Made by a program: the position numbers and the translations under genes. The notes beneath the pieces are model-generated. The model searched no databases. It was not told the DNA's origin and saw only the letters and a program-made list of their open reading frames with translations. This document shows, piece by piece, positions 52,595 through 62,703 of a DNA stretch of 64,000 nt. The DNA lies in IMG/VR virus record IMGVR_UViG_3300031344_000002, positions 154,382-218,381 of that record; one strand, given 5' to 3'. Each line of letters opens with the position of its first letter. Positions within the stretch are counted from its first letter, which is position 1.

Positions 52595-55339
52595 TTGCAG
52601 AAGAAAATAAAAACTATGAAAACGAATAACGAAATTGTTACTATTAAACTAAATGATACGGTAAAAACAAAACATGGTATTGGTCTTGTTGTAGATGTTA
52701 TAGAATGGAACGATGGTATTACAAATCATATTGAATATGATGTTGAAACTCAGATTGGTAGTTATAGATTAATGAGAAGCGAAATTGAAAAATAAATTAA
52801 AATAATAAAATTAAATTATGGAAAATGAAACAAAAACTAACATACCTGATGGGTTTGAATTTGTTAACCCATGACCCTGTGGAAACTAATCTAAATTTGA
52901 AGTGTTTAATACCACAAATTTGTTCGGTTATACTTCCTAAATCCGTGGAACTAAAATAATTAAAAATAAATTATATATGGAAAAAGAAGATTTAATACTA
53001 TGTGAATGTGGTTCTCCTGAACATCAAATTATTATTCAAAAGGACGAAGAATTTAAAGACAGAATGATTTATTTGCAAATTCATTTAAGAACTTACAACA
53101 ATTTCTTTAAAAGAATTTGGATTGCAACTAAATACATCTTTGGTTATAAGTGTAGATATGGAAATTGGGATGAATTTATTCTCACAACAAATAATTATCA
53201 ACCAATGAAAAATGCTATTGAATTTTTAGAAAACGATATAAACAAAAATGAAAACGATATTTAAAACAATCATAAAAAATGCACTATTAATAATTATGGC
53301 TATCGTAACAACAATAGGACTGTTATCAACAGGATATTTTTTAATTTTTATTGAGTGTAAAATATATACCCTAATAAGTTTTATTATTACTTGTGCTGCC
53401 ATATCAGTAATGGAATACATTAATTTCGATAATAAAGAAAAAATCTTTAAAAAATTTTAAATTATGAAAGCAGAAGATATATTAAAAATTGACTGGAAAA
53501 CCACATCGTTAATAGCTATTGATGAATGTAGAATGGGATGTGATGGAAGACCAACATTAACCATTGGTCGTTCTTATCATCCAACTCATTATAATACAAG
53601 CTGGATAAGAATTTTTGATGATTATAATGAAGAACATCATTTCGAATATGATACACTTCAAAATTATTTTAAAATTGTGGCTAATGAAAATTTAGAAAAC
53701 ATATGTACGGCAAGTAAAATTAATGTATTAGAAAACCTAAAATGTGCTGTAGGATTTGATGCAAACAATACTTATCCCGCATTATTTCAACACTTAGGTT
53801 ATAGAAAATTAATTGCCGAACAACTATTAAGAGGTGGTGAAACAAATAAAATGAAAGAACTTGAAGAATTGTATGAACAAGTCAATATTAAAATAAAATT
53901 AATACTAGGACTACTATAATATGAATGTTGATAAAGTAAATATAAAAGATTGCCATCAGAATGCTTGCGCAAATTTCTTAATTGAAGAACATACGATTGG
54001 TGATTTAAGAGATGAAGCAGATTTTGATAATGTAGTTTATCATGCAAAAAAATCATTAATGTTTGCAAAAGACTTAATATTAAATATTGATGGAACTAAT
54101 GAGGAAAAGGCAAAATTTATTGATGATGTAATTCTGGATTATGATAAGTTTAAAGTAAATGGGCAAAGTAAAGAAGAAGTTTGTCCTAACTGTGGTTCAA
54201 AATTAAAACCTTCAATGTATGCATATATAAACGTTCAGTGTACAAAATGCGATTATAAAAGATAAAATTATGAAAGTAAATATAAATGAAATAATTGAAT
54301 GTGGTCATAAATTATATTATGACATCAATCCAAATAGTGAAATGGATGTGCCTTCTATGTTCTATGAACGATTAGAAAAAGAATGGGTAAAATGGAAAGA
54401 AAGTGGAAGCGAATTATCATTCTATGAATATTGTAAGCACAGCATATCTGATGTTGATGATTCATTACCTACTGATATTGAAATGGACGAACAAATTTTA
54501 AAAATAATGAATGAAAATTTGGTTGCTGGTACTGTTGCTGAAAATACAGAAGGAATTATTTGTAATAAATTTGCTACATCATTAAAAATTGTTCATTACA
54601 TAAAAGAATTAATGAAAAAATAAATAATAATAATATGGATATTAAAGAACCAGATTTAACGGCTGGCGGTATGGCATAGTTATTTTTTCTATCACAAAAC
54701 TAAATTAAAAGATATGGCTTACGATATTTATGGACAAAACTTAGCGAGCGGACACTGTGAGGTACATCCGTGGGTTGCGGAAAGTTATCCGTGCAGTTTA
54801 TGTTATGCAGAAAGCAAACCTAAACACGACCCAAGACAAAAGGAGTATGAACGTGCGGAGGCAGAACACTACGCTGAAATGGAGCGAGCGCACTACGAAG
54901 AACTGGCAAGAAAAAATAATTTGCTATACCGCTTGTTATGCTATGTGGCACTTGCAGTAAGTAAATTAAACGAGCGAGTTCAAAAATATAAGGAAAAAAT
55001 GTTAAGCAGAACGGTTGGTAGATTAATTCATAAACAATGATAAAAGAAGAAAAATCAACACAAGAAATAACAATTCATCACAAATATTGTGATGATTGCG
55101 GAGTGGAAATAAAGCGTGGTATGGCTTGTTCTGCTGCAAAGTGTGAGATGTGTGGTAAGGACTTGTGTGATAAGTGTGTTGAACATGAAGATAATGGCTC
55201 TGGTGATTACAGAATCGTTTATTGTTCTAGGTGTTGGCGTATTGGTCTCGAATATTTTGAAAAAATAAAAATATATGTAGATGAAATAGAAAATTTAAAT
55301 ACTGAATGGTTAAGAAAATGCCTTGATAAACAAGTGTAA
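52595..55339 (+). CDS. Plus-strand island of small hypotheticals (52595, 52977, 53248, 53464, 53921, 54270, 54714, 55037 Cys-rich)
   Basis: Co-oriented ORFs after TATATTTG box 52590-52597, divergent from the 52.5 kb promoter. Confidence 0.7.
52818..52959 (+). pseudogene. Internally deleted paralog of 367..780 retaining start region and repeat-spacer-partial repeat
   Basis: MENETKTNIPDGFEF (cf. MENKEIKINVPDGFEI), TGA at 52872-52874, then in the +1 frame VETNLNLKCLIP-QICSVILPKS-VELK*. Confidence 0.8.
52878..52950 (+). CRISPR. Degenerate repeat + 30-bp spacer + truncated repeat
   Basis: TGTGGAAACTAATCTAAATTTGAAGTGTTTAATACC (52878-52913) is 30/36 identical to the array repeat; exactly 30 bp later (52944) comes CGTGGAA. 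Confidence 0.7.
54655..54941. repeat. attC-like imperfect inverted arms
   Basis: TTTAACGGCTGGCGGTATGGCATAGTTATTT (54655-54685) vs AAATAATTTGCTATACCGCTTGTTATGC (54914-54941). Confidence 0.5.
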
Positions 55340-55446
55340 TAAAGAAACTTTTCCTGATTGGAAAGCAAAAACAGAATGTTTATAAAAAAACCCTACAGAG
55401 TCACAACTTCTGCAGGGCAACAGTATAAACCAATATATTGTCCCTC

Positions 55447-55479
55447 TTGTAATTACCTTGCGTATTAGTATAGTAAACA
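55447..55479. repeat. 33-bp element, copy 2 (inverted relative to 36824-36856)
   Basis: TTGTAATTACCTTGCGTATTAGTATAGTAAACA. Confidence 0.9.
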
Positions 55480-55504
55480 AAAGAACGGGACTGAGAAAAA
55501 TCCT

Positions 55505-58500
55505 TTATTTTCTTTTATATTCTTTTAATTGTGCAGCCAAACTTAAATTCTCATGGCAAAATCCAGCTATTTCCCAAGCAGTTCTCTTATCTATGGTTAT
55601 AGTTAAAAAATCCTCACAACTTGGATAAACGCAAAATGTTATTTCAACATTCCCATCTTTTGTTTTCCGTATATCAGATATTCCAGTTTCCATAGTTTTT
55701 ATTATTTTATTTCAATTATATACGAATATTAATTAATAATGTTACAACATTTCCTCAATTTCAGCTAAAGTCTTTTTGTCTTTCTCTGGTAAATGAAAAT
55801 GTTTCATACCATTCTTAAATTTTTTACTGTTTATAATTTCTTTTAAATAAGAAACCATAAAACCATTAACAGTATCAACAGCACATATTGAATGTTGACC
55901 AGTACCAAAACAATTTATGATTGAGCATATAACTTTTTTTTGCTCATCATTTAATTGTAAGAAATGTAATGTTGGTAATTTTTCCATAATATTTATGTTT
56001 TTTATTATATATACGAATCTTATTTTAAAATGTTACAACAATATTAATAAAAAAGTAACCACCTGCAAATTACTGTTAATTAATTATGAGTAGATTAAAC
56101 AGATGCAAGTGGTTACAACACTAAAAATAAAAAGCTGCTCAATGACTTTCGTAAAGATACAACAACTTTTTAGATTTACCTAACATTTTAAAATGAAAAA
56201 CCCCTGCAATTCTTTTCGTATCTGTACAACGTACAGTTTCAGGAATAACAAGGGTTTTTCTACTTGGCTCATCATGGACAGATGAATGTCCTCCAAATAA
56301 CCATTGCCGTGAGGATATCATCCTGTATACCATCCGCTTACTTGACAACCTAGCTATGGTAAATCATTTTCAGCAGACTTTCGGTTGGTTTTCGTATCTT
56401 AAATATCTTTAGAACGTTTTGGTTTTTCAAATAAAATCTTTGTTACAATATCAGCAATATAAGTTGTGATTTTAATAATAATCATTATTGGAAATATTAT
56501 CGTTACAAATCCAATTAAAAAATCATCATCTTCAATCATTTCAAATTTTACTAAAATATTGGTAAATATTCTTCCCAAAATTAAGTAAATGATGATGCCT
56601 ATAATTATATGAAATGCTATTGTCATAATTTTTTGTTTTCTTTATTATACGAATTTGAATTAAAAATGTTACAAATTATGGCTTAATTATTATTTCACCT
56701 TCCCAAACTCCCCAACTAGACTTTTCACGAAAATACTTATAATGCGTAACAGTATCTTCAGTCAATACCCACATGTCACTTTCTTTCCAAGTAATATTAA
56801 TTAATTTCTCATTTGCTTTTAATTCAATTTCCATTGTTCCACCAAAAGTTTTCGTTCTAATATTTTCAGTACAAGAAGAAAATATTATTATTGCTGAAAT
56901 CAATAATGTTAGGAACAACCACCAATAAAAATCATTTTTTTTCATAAATTTATTTTTTATTTAATTTTTTTAAAATTTCATATAATAAAACTTCTGTAGG
57001 TGTTGCTTCTCTCATAGACCCATTTGGAAAAATAATTTCAGAAGTTCCAAACATATCTTTTTTGTTTCTAATCTTAAATGGTAACATAAAAAATGAATTA
57101 TTATGCAATATTACAAATAATTTTCTAATTAATTACTATTTTTTCTAATTATTTTTTGGTTTATAAATAAATCTACCATCAATATTCTTTCTGGTTAATA
57201 CAAATCCATGTTTACGATAGAAAGCATATAACCTTCTTTTATTTGCTCCATAGATAGTTGTAGCGTATAGTTGTATTTGAATATTATATTTATTAGCTAA
57301 TGTTATTATCTCAGACATTATTATTGAACCCCAACCTTTATTTTGTTGAGATTTTTTGATATTAATTAATGCGAGATAGATATATGGGCATTCATTCAGT
57401 TCTTTATATTCTAATTTAAGGTTTTGAATAATATTCTTATATTTAACTTTCTTTAAATTAAATATTAAATCATCAAGTATATCCTGATTTAATAACATAA
57501 AACCTTCTAGTATTTTTTATAAATACAGAAGGTTAGTTTTTCTTTTTATATTTTAGATATAGTTCGTGAATAATACAAAACAAGATTAATAAACTAATGC
57601 TAATTGTGCAGTAAGGAAATTGCATATTGTTATATCATAATTATTGTTTAATTGTTAAAACCGCAGGATTTACTACTCCATCACCTTCATGTCCATATTC
57701 CTTATTGTGCCATTTCCGGAGTTCTTCACCATGTTTCCAGCATTGAGAAAGAAGATTAACAGCACAACCGTACATAAATCCAGTTATACCCATAAATCCA
57801 AGTTCATGCGAAGTTTTTTCGGCAATATCAACAAGTTTATTTCCTTTAGCTATTTCAACTTGCATAAGTTTTGCCCATCCTTCTGCATAATCCAAAGCAG
57901 CTTTTCCGTATGGGTCTGTATTTGCTTCACGGCTTTTATTCCATCCCTCGGTGTCTTTTAGTTCTAATTCAATACCATTAATTTTAGTATCAAATACGGC
58001 TTTTTCAGCAGCTTCTTTTTTACGGTATTCTTCAGCTTCATAAGCTGCTTTTTCTTCTTTAATTTTTGTAAGCCGTTTAAACTCTGCCTGTGTTTCTTTA
58101 TCGTATTTAGCAACGCAATTAGTACCAACAGTTTTCCATCCCATTGTCCACGAATTTGAGTAATCACGGTATAAATATTTTAATTTGGTATTTTTATCAA
58201 CCAAACATTTTACACCATTGAAATCAAATTCAACCACTATGTTTTTTTCTGTGGCTATTTCTTTAGCTTTTAATGCTACATTGTCAAATGTATTTCCGCA
58301 ACTTGCTTCTAATTTATAAGTTTTCATAATATATGTTTTAAATTATTATACGCAAAAATATGATAAATGTTTCATTTATTCACAAGATTTTTCTCATATT
58401 GTTTTACGTGACCTGAATTAACTCTATATAATTGATTTGTTTTTGGATTAGCGATAACTAAATCCTGAATATATGTTTTAAGAACAGATTTATATTCATA

Positions 58501-60346
58501 TTTTTGCCGAGTTTCGGCAACAATAAAATAATCAACATCCAATACGTGGTCATTATCAACATCATTGATAATACCAATAATATATAATTCACTTCCATCA
58601 AATCTCGTAACACTTGAACAATCAATTATTATAACTCTATCACCAATTTCCTTTTTGGTTTTATCATGTTCACAAACATCATGTTCATTAAGAAAATCTT
58701 CAATATCGGAAAAATTAATTTTATCTCTCATTGCTAAATATATTTAATTTTGATTTAATTCTTTATATACACTGGTATTGGCGTATGTTTTTCACTTTTT
58801 GTTTTATTTATTATACGAATTTTAATGAAAAATGTTGCAAAAACTAATATAAATTTTCACTGTATAAGTTATCACCAAATATTTGCTTCATATCAATTAT
58901 CTGATTATTTTCTAATGCAATTTTTAAACCTTCTTTACGGTCAACAAATCTTCCAGTACTGGTTAAAAATCCTTGATGGTATGGATTTCTTGAAACCTTT
59001 TCTGATTGCCATAAACAATTACAGTGTCTTAGACCACAATATATTAATGGTTTACCTGCCATATCTTTTTCATCAGGATTGTGAATTGCTGCACAAATTA
59101 TTTTTTCTTTCATTAATTTTTATATAATTTATAAATAATGTTCGTGTTTCTTACCTTAATATATTTTGGTTTTTTATAATAGTCTAGCATATTAAGCGAT
59201 AAATCAGATTTTTCAATTGATATTGGATATTCTAATAATCTTGTAGTAAATTTCATAAACAATTATTTTTTGCTTGTAATTTACACATACCATCAAAACC
59301 AAATATTTGCTTGGTTGCTATTTCAGAATCTTTTTCATCTGACTCTATTCCAAGTGTAAATGATTCACCAAAACAATTAACTTCTTCTTCACTAATATAA
59401 CAAAACCCTGCAGAAACAGGTTTTCTACTTTTAAATAATGAATGGTCGATTATCATAGGAAATATGATTATACTATCATCTTCCAATTTAACATACTTTT
59501 GTTTATTGTCAAACATATAATTATTTTAATTAAATTTTAAAATCCAACCTTTTTCAAATATTTTATTGAAAACTTCATTAGCTTTATCTTTTACTAATTT
59601 TTGTGAATAAAAACCTCTATGATGGTCTCCTGCTTTATAATATTCATAATGAGAAGGATATTTATCAATTTCCCATTGTTCTAAAACATTAGTTAATTGA
59701 ATTTTATATGTACTAAACATTGGAATACTATGATTTCCCACTGAATAATTATGATTAGAATCTTTCATTAAATCAGGATAACCAATTTCCAAATTACCAT
59801 AATAATGAATAGCATCTGGACTAGTACCTCTCCAAGTATTGATATTACATTTTACGATATGTCTGTTTTTATAAAATCTTGTTGTATATGCTTCACCACT
59901 ATAAAGTAATTTAATTCCTTCACCATAATTTAAAGAAATTGTGTGTCCAATACATTGATAATCATATTCGGGAATTACTTTTTCTAAATCCCAACCATTA
60001 TTATTTAATATTTTAAAATCCGAGTTCATAATTAAGGTGCTATACCAATTTCATATAAATATTCGCCATCGTTTTCATATGATTTAACCAAATCAATATA
60101 TTCCTGAGAAGGTTCATCTAAACTAATTCGATATTCTTTTTCACCATCTTCCCATTTAGCTTCCTTAATAATAACTTTAGTTCCTTTAAGGATTCTCACT
60201 ACTTGGTCAAGTACCCAAGTTTTATGATGGTCACCATCAATTCCACCATATTGGAAAATAAAATATAATACCCAATCAGCAGGTTTATAATATTTAAATA
60301 TGGTGTCATTAACATCAATAATTGTTTCTCCTAAATATCCGTTCAT
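55505..60346 (-). CDS. Run of minus-strand hypotheticals (55505, 55742, 56399, 56676, 57641, 58372, 58844, 59253, 59526, 60032)
   Basis: Co-oriented ORFs, many preceded by the TGTAACA-N13-TTCGTATAAT motif. Confidence 0.65.
56050..56398 (-). ncRNA. Candidate structured non-coding region
   Basis: GC-richer gap; inverted pairs GTAACCACCTGCA/TGCAAGTGGTTAC and GAAAAACCC/GGGTTTTTC; no convincing ORF. Confidence 0.35.
57145..57498 (-). CDS. GNAT-family acetyltransferase
   Basis: LINIKKSQQNKGWGSIIM (motif A QxxGxG), LYAFYRKHGF. Confidence 0.75.
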   Translation of the reverse strand: MLLNQDILDDLIFNLKKVKYKNIIQNLKLEYKELNECPYIYLALINIKKSQQNKGWGSIIMSEIITLANKYNIQIQLYATTIYGANKRRLYAFYRKHGFVLTRKNIDGRFIYKPKNN

Positions 60347-60563
60347 AGTTTTATTTATTAATTATTAATATTCAAAATATTTTTTGTATAATGCTAAAAT
60401 GTAATGTTTTTGTTGCCATTATTTTTGTGTTTTAATTGGTTTATATATGTGATTATACGAAATTTAATGAAAAATGTTACAAATATAATAAATTTATAAT
60501 AATAATTAAATTATTTTAAAGAAAAATGTTTTTTCTCTAAAATTTTAGTATTTATATGAAATT

Positions 60564-61802
60564 ATGATTAAAGCATATAAATATCGAATCATGCCAACTA
60601 AGGCACAACAAACACTAATCAATAAACATATTGGTAGTTGTCGATTTGTATATAATCTTGCTTTAGAAACCAAACAAATTGCTTATGCGGGTAATAAAAT
60701 TAATTTATCTTGTTTTGACCTAATTAAACAACTTCCTGCTTTAAAAAAAGAATGTGAATGGTTAAAAGAAATTAATGCACAATCATTGCAACAATCAATA
60801 ACACATTTAGATAATGCTTTTACTCGATTCTTCAAAGGACAATCAGATTTTCCTAATTTTAAAAAGAAATGTGCTAAACAATCATTTAATATACCACAAA
60901 GTGTAATTCTTGATTTTGATAATAATAAACTTATCATACCCAAATTTAGAAAAGGAATTAAAATAATTTTACATAGAACTTTTAAAGGTACTATCAGACA
61001 AGCAACTATAAGCAAAACTCCAACAGGTAAATATTTTGTAAGTATATTAGTTGAAAATAATGTTGTGATACCAAATAAAGTAAATATTGAAAGTAATAAT
61101 AGTATTGGTATTGATTTAGGTCTTAAATCATTCTTAATAACTTCTGAAGGTGAGACATTTAATAATCCCAAATATTTAAGAAAATCACAATCTAAATTAA
61201 AATATATACAAAGTAAATATTCAAAATATAAAGGCAAAAAAACAAAACATAAATTAGCTCTTTTGCATGAAAGTGTTGCTAATCAAAGAAAAGATTTTTT
61301 AAATAAAATATCAATTAAACTTATTAGTGAGAACCAAACAATATGTTTAGAAGACTTGAATATTAAAGGTATGTCAGCAAGATGTAAACCAAAACAAGAC
61401 GAAAATGGTAGATATTTACCTAACAGTCAAAGTGCAAAATCAGGACTTAATAAGTCTATAACTGATGCTGGTTGGGGTATGTTTGTTGATATGCTTAAAT
61501 ATAAAGCAGAATGGCAAGGTAAAAACATATTACAAATTGGTAGATTTGAACCATCAAGTAAAACTTGTAATGTTTGTGGCAATATTAATAAAGAGTTAAC
61601 TCTTGATAATAGAGTTTGGACTTGTAGTAATTGTAATACTGTTCTTGATAGAGATGTTAATGCAGCAATTAATATTAAAAATTTTGCTTTAAGAAATTAC
61701 ATTAAATTGTGTAAGGAACTTACACTTGAAAATCATAGCGAACTGCCTACATTAGTGGGAGTGATGACCTATGAAGCCAACAAGTCTTTAGCTTGTAGGT
61801 AG
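60564..61802 (+). CDS. tnpB: RNA-guided endonuclease TnpB (IS200/IS605 family)
   Basis: HTH_OrfB start (KAYKYRI.PT..Q...I....G.CRFVYN); RuvC D (GIDLG), E (LEDL), D (DRDVNAA); zinc finger CNVC/CSNC. Confidence 0.95.
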   Translation: MIKAYKYRIMPTKAQQTLINKHIGSCRFVYNLALETKQIAYAGNKINLSCFDLIKQLPALKKECEWLKEINAQSLQQSITHLDNAFTRFFKGQSDFPNFKKKCAKQSFNIPQSVILDFDNNKLIIPKFRKGIKIILHRTFKGTIRQATISKTPTGKYFVSILVENNVVIPNKVNIESNNSIGIDLGLKSFLITSEGETFNNPKYLRKSQSKLKYIQSKYSKYKGKKTKHKLALLHESVANQRKDFLNKISIKLISENQTICLEDLNIKGMSARCKPKQDENGRYLPNSQSAKSGLNKSITDAGWGMFVDMLKYKAEWQGKNILQIGRFEPSSKTCNVCGNINKELTLDNRVWTCSNCNTVLDRDVNAAINIKNFALRNYIKLCKELTLENHSELPTLVGVMTYEANKSLACR

Positions 61803-61807
61803 TTCAC
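61744..61807 (+). mobile_element. tnpB right end / omegaRNA 3' region; predicted guide begins at 61808 (TTGACCCATATTATTT)
   Basis: Subterminal hairpin ACAAG-TCTTTAG-CTTGT followed by GGTAGTTCAC; no tnpA in window. Confidence 0.65.
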
Positions 61808-61890
61808 TTGACCCATATTATTTATTTTTTAATAGAATTATTTTCCTTGCAAATATAAATCATATTTAATTAATATGCAAGCAAATTAAT

Positions 61891-62115
61891 TTAACTTCCA
61901 AACTTTCTTATTTTAGCATCACTTGTTAAAAACCAACTTCTTAAATCCTTATCCCAAACGTAATCTTGATTATCACCTTCAAAATAAAAATCCAATACTT
62001 TTATTGCACCAGCACTATAACCTGCTTTAGTAAATGCATCAGCAATACCATCATCAACATCGGCATTGATAACTTCTCTTTTGCCAGTCATCCAAAATAA
62101 TGTAAAATTTTTCAT
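61891..62115 (-). CDS. Hypothetical protein
   Basis: 74-aa ORF with upstream promoter motif at 62136-62164. Confidence 0.65.
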   Translation of the reverse strand: MKNFTLFWMTGKREVINADVDDGIADAFTKAGYSAGAIKVLDFYFEGDNQDYVWDKDLRSWFLTSDAKIRKFGS

Positions 62116-62181
62116 TTACTTCATGTTTTTATTATTAATACGAAATAAAATAATAATTGTTACATTAATTATTAAAAATAA

Positions 62182-62214
62182 AAACCTTCATTATAATTAA
62201 TATAACGAAGGTTT
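62182..62214. terminator. Terminator-like hairpin
   Basis: AAACCTTC...GAAGGTTT. Confidence 0.5.
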
Positions 62215-62229
62215 AAATAATAATCAAAT

Positions 62230-62619
62230 TCAATCTTTAACTTTTTCCCATAATTTTGAGAAATGTTTTTTTCTTTTCTGTATTCCAATAAAATATAATC
62301 CCTTTTCAAGAATTGTTGGTCTATGGTCTGCTATTTCAGTTACTTGATTCTTATTCCAGTATTCAGGAACTAGATTTTCAAATCTGGTATGATTTAAAGT
62401 ACAACCATCTGTTCCAACTTCAATTACAAAACTATTATCTTTTTCTAATTCGTATAAATCATAATCACCACACATTGCATGACAATGACCAGACTTTTCT
62501 GATTTTGCAATAAATGTCTTTCCAATTTTCTTACATCCTTCGGGAAGTTTACTTATTGAAAATATCTGAACGTCACCTTGCATTCCAGCAAATTTGTTGT
62601 TAAAATTTAAATTTTTCAT
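62230..62619 (-). CDS. Hypothetical protein (QGDV...SGHCH), downstream neighbour of the repeat protein
   Basis: 129-aa ORF. Confidence 0.7.
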   Translation of the reverse strand: MKNLNFNNKFAGMQGDVQIFSISKLPEGCKKIGKTFIAKSEKSGHCHAMCGDYDLYELEKDNSFVIEVGTDGCTLNHTRFENLVPEYWNKNQVTEIADHRPTILEKGLYFIGIQKRKKHFSKLWEKVKD

Positions 62620-62703
62620 AATTAATTATTATTAAGTATTATTTTTAATTTTCTTTTGCAAATATAGATAATTTTATTTAAATATCAATCCCTTTTATTA
62701 TTT

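Noticed and set aside
56139-56348. 69-aa minus ORF; also SAM-I riboswitch or hammerhead resemblance in this region
   Set aside because: Composition is atypical for this genome's proteins. Only scattered words match (ATGATGAG, CGGCAA); the required cores CUGAUGA and GGUGC are absent.
60683-61237. 184-aa minus ORF inside tnpB, and the many other short antisense or overlapping ORFs in the track
   Set aside because: Shadows of well-supported genes; they are against the local gene direction and lack promoter motifs.
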